64,000 bases of DNA from a candidate division WOR-3 bacterium (GTDB lineage Bacteria; Hydrothermota; Tepidihabitantia; SM23-42; JAOAFX01), in NCBI GenBank assembly GCA_039802265.1, contig JBDRWI010000001.1, forward strand, positions 10,921-74,920, read 5' to 3'. Position numbers and translations under genes: made by a program. Below the pieces are notes generated by a model. The model was given only the letters and a program-made list of their open reading frames with translations, did no database searches and was not told the DNA's origin. Shown piece by piece: positions 49,403-60,689 of the stretch (its first letter is position 1; each line of letters starts with the position of its first letter).

Positions 49403-50772
49403 CTCAAAACCTTCATCAATCTGGGGATAATCCTGTTTATATCCCCTGCCCCCTGAACCACAATCAGGTCACCACCTTTTGCAATCTTCTTTATAAATCT
49501 AATAATCTCATTAAAATCGGAGATAAAATAGACCGGTTCCTGCTCCTTTTCTATCCTCCTGGCGAGGGCGGCACCGGTTATCCCCGGAATGGGAATCTCA
49601 TGGGCGGGATATATCTCGGTGACCACCACTACATTGGCATACATAAATGCCGAGGCAAAATAGTCAAATAGATAATAGGTTCGGGTATAGCGGTGAGGCT
49701 GAAAGACCGAAATAATTCTGCGTCCGGGGAAATAATCCCTTAATGTCTGCAAGGTTACCGCAATTTCAGTAGGATGGTGCCCATAATCATCATAGATCAT
49801 TATATCGCGCACTGCCCCGCAAAATTCCAGCCGGCGATGGACGCCCCGGAATTCTCTTAATGCCTTTTTGATTTTTTTAATTGATATACCCAGTTCCAGT
49901 CCGACACCGATTGCGGCAAGGCTATTAATAATATTGTGTTTACCCAAAATCCCAAGTTCAAATTGGCCAATCGGCTCTTGTTTATAAAGTACATTAAACC
50001 GCGAACCATTCGGGGTATAATTCAAATCCACTGCCCGTAACTGAGCATAATCATTCAATCCATATAAGATTACCTTTCTTTTGAGATTGTTTCTGATTTC
50101 CAGATTTGCCATAGAATCCGCTCCCAGAAATACACAGCCCCAGAAGGGAACATGATTGGCAAACCAGATAAACTTCTCTTTTATTTCTTCTATGTCTTTG
50201 TAGTATTCAAGATGTTCGGGTTCAATGTTTGTTATCACAGCATAACTTGGTAACAATCTCAAAAATGACTTATCCGACTCGTCAGCCTCACAGACGAGGT
50301 ATTCTCCCTTACCCAGGTGCGCCTGACTCTTCCCTTTTACAATACCGCCGATTATTGCCGTCGGAGAAAAGCCAGCCTTCTGGAGAACTTCACCAATTAG
50401 GGAGGTTGTCGTGGTCTTACCGTGGGTACCCGAGATACAGATTGAATTAGTTATCTTGGTCAATTCGGCAAGGAGTTCGCTCCGGTGGATAACCGGAATC
50501 CCCAGCCTCTTTGCCTCGGTTATCTCCGGATTGTCCTCTTTTATTGCCGTAGAATAGACGACCACATCCGCATTTGAAACATTTTCAACCTTGTGTCCAT
50601 ACCTGACCTTAATTCCTGATTTTTTAAGTTTTGTAGTAATTGCTGAACGATTGATATCGGAACCACTGACCGTAAATCCGAGGTTATGGAAGATTACTGC
50701 CAGACCACTCATCCCGATCCCGCCTATTCCCACAAAATGAATCCGTTTAGTTCTACCCAAGAGCTTTTTCAT
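49399..50772 (-). CDS. murC: UDP-N-acetylmuramate--L-alanine ligase
   Basis: GIGGIGMSG, GTHGKTTT, EADESD, DDYGHHPTE, FQPHRYTRT. Confidence 0.97.
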   Translation of the reverse strand: MKKLLGRTKRIHFVGIGGIGMSGLAVIFHNLGFTVSGSDINRSAITTKLKKSGIKVRYGHKVENVSNADVVVYSTAIKEDNPEITEAKRLGIPVIHRSELLAELTKITNSICISGTHGKTTTTSLIGEVLQKAGFSPTAIIGGIVKGKSQAHLGKGEYLVCEADESDKSFLRLLPSYAVITNIEPEHLEYYKDIEEIKEKFIWFANHVPFWGCVFLGADSMANLEIRNNLKRKVILYGLNDYAQLRAVDLNYTPNGSRFNVLYKQEPIGQFELGILGKHNIINSLAAIGVGLELGISIKKIKKALREFRGVHRRLEFCGAVRDIMIYDDYGHHPTEIAVTLQTLRDYFPGRRIISVFQPHRYTRTYYLFDYFASAFMYANVVVVTEIYPAHEIPIPGITGAALARRIEKEQEPVYFISDFNEIIRFIKKIAKGGDLIVVQGAGDINRIIPRLMKVLR

Positions 50773-51803
50773 CTTACCTCATCTTTGATAATATCACAAA
50801 TCCTCTTTTCCGCATCAATAATGATATCGCTTTTTTTATTATCAGCTGGATGCTTCAGCATCTCGATAATTTTCTGTGCAAGAATTTCCTCAGTTATTCT
50901 GTCTTCGGTTAAAACTATTGCCTGTCCAGCCTTTACAAAATACTGGGCATTGTAGTATTGGTGGTTGTCCGTAGCATAAGGAAAAGGTATAAAGATAATC
51001 TTCTTCTTCAGTGCCAAAAGTTCATATCCGGCCAATGCCCCGGACCGGGAAACAACAACATTAGCCTCTTTAATTTCATTCCAGGGGGTACTGGTGAATG
51101 GAATCACCACTGTCCTTTTATCCTTATTTGCCTCAACCCATTGATAATCCCGCTGACCGCTGATTATTATAATCCGATACTCCTCAGGCAGGATTTTGGT
51201 TAATGATATTGCCCATTTATTCAAACTCCTTGCACCCTGGCTACCACCAATAAAGAGGATTGTATGCTTTTCCTTTTTAACTTCATCACAAATCTTGAAT
51301 TCATCACGGAGTGGAATTCCAGTAAGCGTTAATCTGCCGGCTATTTTGACTCTAATTGGCATACCCAGAAATACCCTTCGGGCATAGGGTGCAACGATTC
51401 GCGTCGACCGCCCCGGAATGCAATTCGGCTCAAAGAGATAAAATGGCCGCCGTTTTATCAAGCAGGCGACTGCAAGTGGTAAAGACCCAAAACCGCCAAA
51501 GGAAAAGCCAATTTTGTCCTTTACAATCGGTAACAGACGAAGCAGACTCTTAAAAAATGCCACCAGCGCCAGAAACTGGAATAGAATTGACTTACCGCTA
51601 AAGGGCCGGGGATTTATAAAGAAGGTTTCAAGACCATAAAGCCTTGCAATCTCTTCTTCAACAAATCCTTTTCTTACAAGAAAAATTACCCCAAAATTGC
51701 GACGTTGTAATTCTTTTGCCACAACCACCGCCGGAAAGTAATGACCACCGGTCCCGATGCCACTGATTACTATTTTTTGTTTTTTATAATCTTTATCTCG
51801 CAT
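50769..51803 (-). CDS. murG: Lipid II GlcNAc transferase
   Basis: GTGGH, GGF, EPNCIPG, GIPLR, GGSQGA, HQYYNA; ATG overlaps the ftsW TGA. Confidence 0.94.
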   Translation of the reverse strand: MRDKDYKKQKIVISGIGTGGHYFPAVVVAKELQRRNFGVIFLVRKGFVEEEIARLYGLETFFINPRPFSGKSILFQFLALVAFFKSLLRLLPIVKDKIGFSFGGFGSLPLAVACLIKRRPFYLFEPNCIPGRSTRIVAPYARRVFLGMPIRVKIAGRLTLTGIPLRDEFKICDEVKKEKHTILFIGGSQGARSLNKWAISLTKILPEEYRIIIISGQRDYQWVEANKDKRTVVIPFTSTPWNEIKEANVVVSRSGALAGYELLALKKKIIFIPFPYATDNHQYYNAQYFVKAGQAIVLTEDRITEEILAQKIIEMLKHPADNKKSDIIIDAEKRICDIIKDEVR

Positions 51804-52861
51804 CAACCCTTCTTTGAAATCTGCAGAATCATACCCACCGAGAATAGATTGGAACATAATGCCCAACCACCGTACGAGACAAAGGGCAAGGGAATACCGG
51901 TTGCCGGAAGAAGTCCAAGGCTCACCCCCACATGGATTAAAAATATTAAAAATATCACCGCATTTAGCCCCAGAACAATCATCCGTGGATATTCGTCAAC
52001 CACTCCATTCGCAATAGCAATACCCCTTAAATAAACCTCCCAGTAAAGGATAAAAAATATTGCACTGCCAATAAAACCAGTCTCCTCAGCAATGTGGGCA
52101 AAAATGAAATCATTATGAATTCGGGGCAGAAATAAGAACTTCTGTAATCCTGCCCCTAAGCCCCGTCCGAACAGACCGCCGGAACCGATCGCAACCAGCG
52201 ACTGCTGAACCTGATAACCCGGCTGGCTTATGAAACCGAGAAATCTTTCACGAATATGGGGAAGAAATAAGAACGCCAAAAGGAAAAGGAGTAAGCCAGT
52301 AATGATTACCGGCGTCAAAAATTTAATCTTTATCTCTCCGTAGATCAACATTATAACCAGTGCCAAAAAGGAAATTATCGCCACTGAAATTGATGGCTGG
52401 ATTGCCACCAGGATAACCAAAGAAAGGGGAAAGACAATTGCCAGAAGAAGACCTTTTGGTCTGTTTAATACATCTGGGTGGGTAGCAAAGAGATTGGCAA
52501 GAAAAAGGACAATCCACACCCGGACAAATTCCGAAATCTGAAGACCAAATGTGGCAATGGGAATACTTCGCCGGGCACCATAGACAAATCTGCCGAAGAC
52601 AAGGGTAAGGATGAGCAAGACCACCATAAGTATGTATGCAGGAAAAAGAAATCTTCTAATTCTTTCGTAAGGCAGGAAGAAACCCAAAAAGAAGAAACCC
52701 AGACCAATCGCAACCCGCTTGAGATGGCCGAAAAGGTAATATGTGGTATCTTCTCCACTCCTCAGTGCCTGATAATAACTTGAGGAAAAGACAAAGACCG
52801 TGCCGAGAATAAGAAGAATCAAGGTAACAAAGGCATACGTGCGATCAACGCTGGACTGCAT
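51803..52861 (-). CDS. ftsW: SEDS family peptidoglycan polymerase FtsW
   Basis: GARRSI, QISE, YQVQQS...GSGG, HNDFIF...EE, PFVSYGG. Confidence 0.93.
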   Translation of the reverse strand: MQSSVDRTYAFVTLILLILGTVFVFSSSYYQALRSGEDTTYYLFGHLKRVAIGLGFFFLGFFLPYERIRRFLFPAYILMVVLLILTLVFGRFVYGARRSIPIATFGLQISEFVRVWIVLFLANLFATHPDVLNRPKGLLLAIVFPLSLVILVAIQPSISVAIISFLALVIMLIYGEIKIKFLTPVIITGLLLFLLAFLFLPHIRERFLGFISQPGYQVQQSLVAIGSGGLFGRGLGAGLQKFLFLPRIHNDFIFAHIAEETGFIGSAIFFILYWEVYLRGIAIANGVVDEYPRMIVLGLNAVIFLIFLIHVGVSLGLLPATGIPLPFVSYGGWALCSNLFSVGMILQISKKG

Positions 52862-54149
52862 CCTTAAATGCCTCCCCCCTCTCCTGAAAATCACGGAAAA
52901 GGCCAAATGAAGCAAAACCTGGATTTAAGAGTATCACGTCACCCGGCTGGGCAAACTCTCTTGCCAATGAAACCGCTTCTGGCATATCCCGGGCAATCCG
53001 GTATCGGTTATAATTCCTTTCATCAAAATAGCGGGCAATCTCCGGAGCATTCTCACCCAAAAGCACACATGCCTTTGCCTCATCCAGCAAAAGATTGAGA
53101 TAATCCTTCCCCTCATCGCCCTTCTTTTTGCCCCCTAAGATCACTATCTTATTTCCCTTTACTGCATTGAATGAGGCAATGGCCGATGCCTCATTCGTAC
53201 ACATTGAATTATTAATATATAATATCCCATTTTTCTTGCCTACTTCTTCAAGACGATGGGGAAGTCCCCGAAAGGAATTTATTCCCTTCTCTATGCTCCT
53301 GTTATCAATGCCCAAAATCTTAGCAACACATATTGCGGCCATGATATTTGACTCATTGTGTTTTCCAATGAGTTGAAGCCCTTCTTTTTTAAGCACCATC
53401 TCCTTCTGAAAATGGAAACTATCATTTAACCAACTGCCATCCCGGGCATTTGGACCAAAATAGATAACCCTTGATGGAATATCTTTCCTTATCTCAGCGG
53501 TAAACGAATCAGCGATATTGAGTACCCCATAATCTACCGATGACTGATTCATAAATATCTTTTTCTTTGCGTTGATGTATTCCGATAGATCATTATGCCA
53601 GTTAAGATGGTCACGGCTTATGTTGGTCAGAACCGCAATATGGGGGCAGAAATTTACAATCCGGGTAAGTTGGAATGAAGAGACCTCAAGGACATAATAT
53701 TCCTTTCTCTCTTCAAAGAGGGCATGGGAAAATGGCCTTCCGGGGGCAATGTTTCCACCGAGAAAATATTTTAATCCCGCAGTGTTGAGAATATTACCTA
53801 CCAGGGCCGCGGTTGTGCTCTTACCGTTGGTCCCGGTAATGGCAATAATCTTTTCTTTGGGCAGATTGAGATTCTGAAATGTCCATTCAATTTCATCGAT
53901 AACCGGGACATTCTCAATTTTTAACCTTTCTATTATCCACTTATTCGGCGGGAAACCGGGTGAGGCGACTGCCAGATCATAGGTAATATCTATAAAGTCT
54001 TTTATCTTCCCGCTTTTTATAATCTCCTGCGCCTTCGGCGAAAGCAATTCCCTGTTCTCCTCATAGAGATAGACCTCTTCCTTCTGGTTGATAAGATATT
54101 CCGCAACCTTCAGGTTTGCCCTTCCCAAACCGAGGAGTAACACCTTCAT
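52845..54149 (-). CDS. murD: UDP-MurNAc-L-Ala--D-glutamate ligase
   Basis: SPG, GTNGKSTT, EVSSFQL, DHLNWH, HRLE, RGEAF. Confidence 0.95.
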   Translation of the reverse strand: MKVLLLGLGRANLKVAEYLINQKEEVYLYEENRELLSPKAQEIIKSGKIKDFIDITYDLAVASPGFPPNKWIIERLKIENVPVIDEIEWTFQNLNLPKEKIIAITGTNGKSTTAALVGNILNTAGLKYFLGGNIAPGRPFSHALFEERKEYYVLEVSSFQLTRIVNFCPHIAVLTNISRDHLNWHNDLSEYINAKKKIFMNQSSVDYGVLNIADSFTAEIRKDIPSRVIYFGPNARDGSWLNDSFHFQKEMVLKKEGLQLIGKHNESNIMAAICVAKILGIDNRSIEKGINSFRGLPHRLEEVGKKNGILYINNSMCTNEASAIASFNAVKGNKIVILGGKKKGDEGKDYLNLLLDEAKACVLLGENAPEIARYFDERNYNRYRIARDMPEAVSLAREFAQPGDVILLNPGFASFGLFRDFQERGEAFKDAVQR

Positions 54150-55231
54150 CTTATCTTCAAGGTTGACAGGGCAATCATCAGGAAGATAATCCCCAGAATC
54201 CAGAAGCGAACAACAATCTTGGGCTCGGCAATACCCTTGAGTTCAAAATGGTGGTGGAGCGGTGCCATAAGAAAAAATCTCTTGCCACCGGTACGCCGGA
54301 AGTAGACCACCTGAATTATTACCGAAACAACCTCAATGACAAACACCATACCGATAAGTAGAAGAAGGAATTCATGTTTAATTAAAATGGCAACGGCACC
54401 AATTATTGCCCCCAGACTCAAGGAGCCGGTATCACCCATAAATACCTGGGCTGGATAGGAATTGAACCATAAAAAGCCCAGACTTGCACCAACGAGCGCT
54501 GCGCAGAAGACAGTTATCTCCCCAGCATCTCTTAGGAAGATGATGTCAAGATAATCACTGAGCACGATATGCCCGGAAACATAGGAAAGTGCCGTATAGG
54601 CCGCAGCACTGATTCCAATGAGACCAATTGCCAATCCATCAAGACCATCAGATAGATTCACACCGTTTGAGGTGCCGATGACCACCAGGACCACAAACAA
54701 TGGATAGAGAAATCCGAAGTCTATGATAAAATTTTTTATAAATAAAAGGTTGGTCTTGGTCTGGTAGCCCTCCGGACCAAAGAAATAGAGATAGAGTCCC
54801 AGTCCCAGACCGAAGAGGGTCTGAAAGAATAACTTCGTTTTAATTGATAATCCCCTTGGTCTATTCTTGAAGATCTTAATATAGTCATCGTAGATTCCCA
54901 GTGTCCCGAACCAGATTGTAGTAATGATTAAGATAATAATATTGGGATTGGTCAGGTCGCCAAAGAGTAATATAGCAAATAGGAGGGCAATGAGGATTAA
55001 AAGACCGCCCATCGTGGGGGTATTCTCTTTAACGCGGTGTCTCTGGGGAACTTCAGCCCGAATCTTCTGAGTGATTGCCTTCTTCTTCAAAAAATTTATA
55101 AAACGATTCCCCAAAAAGAGGACAATCAAGATTGCCAGGACGACCGCATACGCACTCCGGAATGTAATATAGCCAAAAAGACGAAAAGGACCGAAGATAT
55201 CCCTTAATGGATAAAACAAGAGATAAAGCAT
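54146..55231 (-). CDS. mraY: Phospho-MurNAc-pentapeptide transferase
   Basis: TPTMGG, DDY, NLSDGLDGL, FMGDTGS, APLHHHFE. Confidence 0.97.
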   Translation of the reverse strand: MLYLLFYPLRDIFGPFRLFGYITFRSAYAVVLAILIVLFLGNRFINFLKKKAITQKIRAEVPQRHRVKENTPTMGGLLILIALLFAILLFGDLTNPNIIILIITTIWFGTLGIYDDYIKIFKNRPRGLSIKTKLFFQTLFGLGLGLYLYFFGPEGYQTKTNLLFIKNFIIDFGFLYPLFVVLVVIGTSNGVNLSDGLDGLAIGLIGISAAAYTALSYVSGHIVLSDYLDIIFLRDAGEITVFCAALVGASLGFLWFNSYPAQVFMGDTGSLSLGAIIGAVAILIKHEFLLLLIGMVFVIEVVSVIIQVVYFRRTGGKRFFLMAPLHHHFELKGIAEPKIVVRFWILGIIFLMIALSTLKIR

Positions 55232-55245
55232 AATACCCCCTTCCC

Positions 55246-56535
55246 TTAGAGAAATTTCAAAAACAAATTGACCAACTTTTCAAATTCAAGTGCCCTGGAA
55301 GCCTTGAATAAGACCACCTCTCTTCCCTGCAGACTTTCCAGTAAAAATCTGATTAGCCTTACGCCTTCTTTGAAGTGTCTCCCCTGATAAAGTATTGATT
55401 CTTCACCCAGACTCAAAAGCAAATCGCATCTCGGCCGTGCATATTCACCGATCTCTTTATGATAACTTTCTGAATTACTGCCCAGTTCGCGCATATCACC
55501 CAGGACCAGAATCCTTCTTCGGGGAAGTTGGGCAACAAAATCAATTGCCGATTTCATTGATAAGGGATTGGCATTATAACTATCATTGATAATTAAAATC
55601 CCATCTTTTCTGATCGGCTCCATCCTGCCGGATTCAGGTCTAATCATTGAAATTGCCCTTTTTTGGGAATTAATATCTATGCCAATTTTTGTAGCAAGGG
55701 AAATTGCAAAAAGGCAGTTATAGACATTACCCATTCCTAAAAGCGGAGTAAAGAAATTCTCTTTTTTATAAGTAAAATATGAACCATCTTCTTTCAATTT
55801 TACTTCTTCAATATCCCGATAGGAAACTTGAAGAATCTCAATCTTATCATTTTTTATATCATTCAAATTTAACCCTTCACCAATCATTGCGAAGCTACCC
55901 TGCGGTAATGAATCAAAGAGGGATAATTTTTCCTGCTTTATTCCCGCTATGGAACCGAGTTTTTCAATGTGCCCCGGACCGACCGCCGTGATAATACCGA
56001 TAGCGGGTCGGGCAATTTCACAAAGCCGCTTTATCTCACCCGGGCTACTCGTCCCCATCTCCAGGACGGCGAATTCCTCAGTACCTGACATTTTCAAGAT
56101 ACTCAAAGGAAGCCCGATCAGCGAGTTATAATTTCTCTCACTGCAATGGACCGAAAATTTCTCTCTTATCACCGCGCCGATAAGATTTTTGACTGTTGTC
56201 TTGCCATTGGTCCCGGTGATTCCAATGACCCGAACTGGAATTCTCTGCCGATAATTGCGGGCAAGTTCTCCGAGGGCATATAGTGTATCACTAACCAGAA
56301 TCTGCTGTTTTAGATTCTGACTTTTTTGAACAACCACCCCGACCGCCCCCCTTTTAAGTGCCTCATTTACAAAGAGATGGCCATCGGTCTTCTCTCCTTT
56401 CAGGGCGAAGAATAAATCTCCGGGTTTTACCTGGCGGGAATCAACACAGACTCGCCTCACTAATTCTAAATTGTCTATCTCTTCCTTACCTTTAATAATT
56501 TTGGCAATCTCGGCAAGTGTAAATTCTTTATACAT
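55246..56535 (-). CDS. murF: UDP-MurNAc-tripeptide--D-Ala-D-Ala ligase
   Basis: DSR, DGH, GTNGKTT, NDSYNANP, GDMRELG, KASR. Confidence 0.95.
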   Translation of the reverse strand: MYKEFTLAEIAKIIKGKEEIDNLELVRRVCVDSRQVKPGDLFFALKGEKTDGHLFVNEALKRGAVGVVVQKSQNLKQQILVSDTLYALGELARNYRQRIPVRVIGITGTNGKTTVKNLIGAVIREKFSVHCSERNYNSLIGLPLSILKMSGTEEFAVLEMGTSSPGEIKRLCEIARPAIGIITAVGPGHIEKLGSIAGIKQEKLSLFDSLPQGSFAMIGEGLNLNDIKNDKIEILQVSYRDIEEVKLKEDGSYFTYKKENFFTPLLGMGNVYNCLFAISLATKIGIDINSQKRAISMIRPESGRMEPIRKDGILIINDSYNANPLSMKSAIDFVAQLPRRRILVLGDMRELGSNSESYHKEIGEYARPRCDLLLSLGEESILYQGRHFKEGVRLIRFLLESLQGREVVLFKASRALEFEKLVNLFLKFL

Positions 56536-57961
56536 ATCCTGCCCTCTTGACACAATCCCGCACAATCTGTGCATCATCAAAGGGAATCTTCCGGTCCTTA
56601 AGTATCTGGTACTCCTCATGCCCTTTTCCGGCAATTAAAAGGATATCACCGTCTTCTTTAAATCCAATTCCATATTCAATTGCTGCTTTGCGGTCCAGGA
56701 TTACTTTGTAGTTTCGGTTGGTAATCCCCCTCTTTATATCCTCAATGATCCTTTCCGGCTCCTCCCCACGGGGATTGTCTGAGGTAAGTATAACAAAATC
56801 TGCAAGGTCACTGGCTATCTTACCCATCTTTGGTCTCTTATCCCAATCCCTTTCTCCCCCACAACCAAATACCACAATCAGCCGTTTATGGGGGTATCTT
56901 CTCAATGACAGAAGCACATTCTGTAAGGCATCCGGTGTATGGGCATAGTCAACAAATATTCCATTTTCCACCTGTTCCATACGTCCCTTCACACCAACAA
57001 GAGATTCAATACCCTTGATGACAGCAGTGGTGGACAACCCCAGTGCCACACCAGTCGCAAAGCTGGCGAGGATATTATAGGCATTAAAACGCCCAATTAA
57101 TTTAGAACTTACAATAAAACTATTTCCCTGATAATCTATCTTCAATTTCATCCCATCTATTGAGTCCTCAAGGACCTCACCGCTGACTGTGGCACCTTTG
57201 TTCATACCATAGGTTATAATCTTTCTCATGTTCATCCGGGCGATTTCATTATATATCGGGTCATCGCAATTAACCAATGCAATTCCATCCTTGCTCAAAA
57301 GCGAAAATATTTTTAACTTCGAATTTTTATATTCATCCATCGTCCGATGGAAATCGAGATGGTCCTGGGAAAGATTGGTGAAGATGGCAACCCTGAATTC
57401 AAGCCCAGCCACCCTCTTGAGTGCCAGGGCATGGGATGATACCTCCATTACCACATCCTCCATCCCCTCCTTTCTAAATTTCTCAATGATTTTAAAGATG
57501 TCAAGGCTCTCCGGGGTGGTTCGCTCCGCCTTGATCTTATCCCTTCCGATGTAATAGATTGTGCCGATCAATCCCGCCCTCCGGCTTACCGAATTTAAGA
57601 TTGAATGGATCAGAAAGGCAGTGGTGGTCTTGCCATTTGTACCGGTAATGCCTATTTTATTTAACTTTTCGGTCTCTTTATAAAATCTGCGGGCAACAAA
57701 CCACAGGGCATCCCTTGAATCATCAACGATTACCTGGGGTAGGTCCGTATCAACCTTCTTTTCGGCAATGACACACAATGCACCATTCTTCCGGGCTGCC
57801 GGGATAAATGTATGACCATCAAACCTCTCCCCCTTTATCGCAACGAAGAGGGCACCCGGACTTATCTTCCGTGAATCGTATTCAATGGATGCAATCTCAA
57901 CATCCTGAAAGTTAGTTATCTCTCGGTATTTCATTCCTTTAACCAATTCACTTATACGCAT
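56528..57961 (-). CDS. murE: UDP-MurNAc-dipeptide--meso-DAP ligase
   Basis: GTNGKTT, TTPE, EVSSH, DHLDFH, DYAHTPD, DNPR (DAP-type), GKGHE. Confidence 0.96.
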   Translation of the reverse strand: MRISELVKGMKYREITNFQDVEIASIEYDSRKISPGALFVAIKGERFDGHTFIPAARKNGALCVIAEKKVDTDLPQVIVDDSRDALWFVARRFYKETEKLNKIGITGTNGKTTTAFLIHSILNSVSRRAGLIGTIYYIGRDKIKAERTTPESLDIFKIIEKFRKEGMEDVVMEVSSHALALKRVAGLEFRVAIFTNLSQDHLDFHRTMDEYKNSKLKIFSLLSKDGIALVNCDDPIYNEIARMNMRKIITYGMNKGATVSGEVLEDSIDGMKLKIDYQGNSFIVSSKLIGRFNAYNILASFATGVALGLSTTAVIKGIESLVGVKGRMEQVENGIFVDYAHTPDALQNVLLSLRRYPHKRLIVVFGCGGERDWDKRPKMGKIASDLADFVILTSDNPRGEEPERIIEDIKRGITNRNYKVILDRKAAIEYGIGFKEDGDILLIAGKGHEEYQILKDRKIPFDDAQIVRDCVKRAGYV

Positions 57962-59573
57962 ACTCAAAATTCCTTATCTGACAGATTCGGTGGGCAATCT
58001 GTTTAAATACCGGCGCGGTAATTGTACTCGCCCACTGCCCCTTTTGGGGATTGTCAATCATAATGGCAATTAGATATTCAGGATTATCTGCCGGAAAATA
58101 GCCAACAAAGGTTGCAACAATCTCATTTTCTGAATACTTACCGTCAACGACTTTCTGGGCGGTTCCGGTCTTGCCTGCAATCCTCATTCCCTCAATCTTT
58201 GCCTCAACACCGGTCCCTGCCTCCACCACCTGACAGAGGATGTTGGTTATTCTCTTTGCAATATCTTCATCCAGAACCCTTCTTATCTTTAACGGTTCTG
58301 CCTGATATAACAACTTTGTCCGCTTTTTTATCTGGGCGACTATTAGCGGTTTATTCAAAACTCCCCTATTGGCTATTGCCTGATAGGCAAAGGCAAGTTG
58401 GAGTAGATTACAGGTAATCCCCTGACCGAACATTAATGTGGCAAACTCAATTTCGTTCAACTTTCCCCTTTTTAATAACCGACCGGTTATCTCACCAGGA
58501 AATTCAATACCGCTGAGCTGGGTGAAACCAAAATCCTTAACCATTATCATAAAATCGCGCTCATTGAATCTCCTGGAGAGCTTTGCCATTACCACATTAC
58601 TGGAATGGACAATTGCCCGCTCCAGGGTAATCGCTCCGTAGTCTTTAAAGTCATGGATTGTATGACCATTAATCTTTATCTTGCCGCCTTCAGTATCAAA
58701 GATTTCCTTTTCGCTTATTCCATTGATTAATGAAAATGCCAGTGCCACGATCTTGAATGTGGAACCTGGCTCAAATTCATCACAGATTGCACTATTCCTG
58801 AAATTTCCTGACTTTGAAATATTGGCCATCGCCAGAATTTCTCCGGTCTGGGGATTCAAGACCAATCCCGATGCGACATCAGCGACTTTCTCTTTGAGAC
58901 ATTCCTTCAGGTGCGTGAAAAGAATTGTCTGGATTTGGAGATCCATCGTCAAGTATAAATCACTACCCGGTTCAGGATTTTTCTCCGGATAACTGTAATA
59001 GGGAAAGACATCACCGGTTGCCTCTCTTTGATAAACCACAAAACCCGATTTTCCCCGCAGTATTTCGTCAAAATATAACTCGATCCCTTCTAAACCACGA
59101 TTGTCCTTACTGCAGCGGCCAATTATTGAACCAAAGGCATCAGGCATGGTGTAGATTCTTTTCAAATCGTTGACGACACCGATACTCGGGTCCTTCAACT
59201 CCAGATAGCGGTCCTTCTTTTCAGTATTAATCTTGGTTTCAACCCAGAAAAAATTTTTTTCGTTTATGAGTTGTTTCAATTCAGAGAGTGGTCTTTGGGA
59301 GAGCATTGCCAGTTTTTCCGCAAGGGTATTTTTATCCCGGGTATAACGCGGGGTGCAGAAGACCGAAAAGCATGGTTCTGAGGTGGCAAGGGCAACACCG
59401 TTCCGGTCGTAAATATTCCCCCTTGTGCCACATAAGATCTCCATCTTCTGATGCCATTTTTCGGAAATTCGGCGATAATAAGTTGATTTCAAACACTGAA
59501 TATAGAATAGATAACTAAAGAAGATAAGTGATATAATAAATAAAAGAGAATGGAGTACTCTACAAGCCTTCAC
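57948..59573 (-). CDS. ftsI: Class B penicillin-binding protein FtsI
   Basis: RGNIYDRNG, EPGSTFK, SSN, FGQG, KTGTAQ. Confidence 0.93.
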   Translation of the reverse strand: MKACRVLHSLLFIISLIFFSYLFYIQCLKSTYYRRISEKWHQKMEILCGTRGNIYDRNGVALATSEPCFSVFCTPRYTRDKNTLAEKLAMLSQRPLSELKQLINEKNFFWVETKINTEKKDRYLELKDPSIGVVNDLKRIYTMPDAFGSIIGRCSKDNRGLEGIELYFDEILRGKSGFVVYQREATGDVFPYYSYPEKNPEPGSDLYLTMDLQIQTILFTHLKECLKEKVADVASGLVLNPQTGEILAMANISKSGNFRNSAICDEFEPGSTFKIVALAFSLINGISEKEIFDTEGGKIKINGHTIHDFKDYGAITLERAIVHSSNVVMAKLSRRFNERDFMIMVKDFGFTQLSGIEFPGEITGRLLKRGKLNEIEFATLMFGQGITCNLLQLAFAYQAIANRGVLNKPLIVAQIKKRTKLLYQAEPLKIRRVLDEDIAKRITNILCQVVEAGTGVEAKIEGMRIAGKTGTAQKVVDGKYSENEIVATFVGYFPADNPEYLIAIMIDNPQKGQWASTITAPVFKQIAHRICQIRNFEYAYK

Positions 59574-59821
59574 TTCACCACTCCCAGAATGTCTTCCTTG
59601 GTAGGAAATACAAAATCGCGCTTTTTTGCCTCTGCCTCAATAACAGCAAGATTTGATAGGTCTATGAGTTTAGCCGATAAATCTTTCTTTTCATTCTTCA
59701 ATTCAATGAGCCTCTTCTTCAGTGGCTCTTTTTTGATTTCAATCTTTACCAATTCACTCTCTATGTAGACCAGCAAGAAGAGATAGATAACTATCAGTAA
59801 GAATATTCCGATTATGCGCAT
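59570..59821 (-). CDS. ftsL: Cell division protein FtsL-like
   Basis: TM + coiled coil; lies between rsmH and ftsI. Confidence 0.7.
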   Translation of the reverse strand: MRIIGIFLLIVIYLFLLVYIESELVKIEIKKEPLKKRLIELKNEKKDLSAKLIDLSNLAVIEAEAKKRDFVFPTKEDILGVVK

Positions 59822-60681
59822 CGCTCAATTACCCTCATTCGGGCACTTCTGGCACTGGGATTTTTTTTGATCTCGGCGTCCGAGGGCCTTATTACCTTTT
59901 TGTTGAGCCTTATCACGACTCCCTTCTTTTCGTAATCAAGGAATATGCGTTTGGCGATACGGTCTTCTCCCGAATGGTAGGAGATAACAATGATGCGCCC
60001 GTGTAATTTAAGATAGCGTAATGCCTTCTGTAGTCCGATGCTCAAATTTCTTAATTCATCATTGACCCAGATTCTAAGTGCCTGAAATATTCGGTGTAAA
60101 TTCTTCTTCAGGACCGCTCCAGGGAGGTTTTTCTCTAATAGCCGCCTTAAATCAAGGGTCGTCTTAAGTTCTCTTCTTTTTTCATAAATCAGGTGGGCAA
60201 TCTGTCGGGCGTGTGGCACATCGCCATATTCCTTTAAAATTTTATGGATAGTCACTTTTGTAGCATTTCTCAATTTCTTATAAAGCGGAACACTCTCCGG
60301 CGACATCTGCATGGAGAGCGGACCTTCTTCATTAAAGCTGAACCCACGCCAGGGCGTGGTTAGTTGATGGTATGATGCCCCGAGGTCAAAGAGAAAACCA
60401 TCAATGGAGGTCAGGGCAGTCTCCTTCAGGATTAAATCTATGTTGATAAAGTTCTCCTCAAATAGCATCAGGCGGGATGAGTACTCCCGGCAGCGTTCCT
60501 TTGTGTAACTAATTGCCTCCGGGTCAAGATCTATACCGATAAAGCGGGCGGTTGTTGTCTTTTCCAGCATTGCATTTAGATGCCCACCGCCACCAACCGT
60601 ACAGTCACAATAGATACCACCCTCGGTTAAATTCATCCACTCAATCACTTCCTTCAAGAGAACCGGCTGGTGGAAGGACAA
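59812..60681 (-). CDS. rsmH: 16S rRNA m4C1402 methyltransferase
   Basis: HQPVL, DCTVGGGGH, FQALRIWVN, SYHSGED, NPSARSA. Confidence 0.95.
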   Translation of the reverse strand: MSFHQPVLLKEVIEWMNLTEGGIYCDCTVGGGGHLNAMLEKTTTARFIGIDLDPEAISYTKERCREYSSRLMLFEENFINIDLILKETALTSIDGFLFDLGASYHQLTTPWRGFSFNEEGPLSMQMSPESVPLYKKLRNATKVTIHKILKEYGDVPHARQIAHLIYEKRRELKTTLDLRRLLEKNLPGAVLKKNLHRIFQALRIWVNDELRNLSIGLQKALRYLKLHGRIIVISYHSGEDRIAKRIFLDYEKKGVVIRLNKKVIRPSDAEIKKNPSARSARMRVIERCA

Positions 60682-60689
60682 TCTCTCTT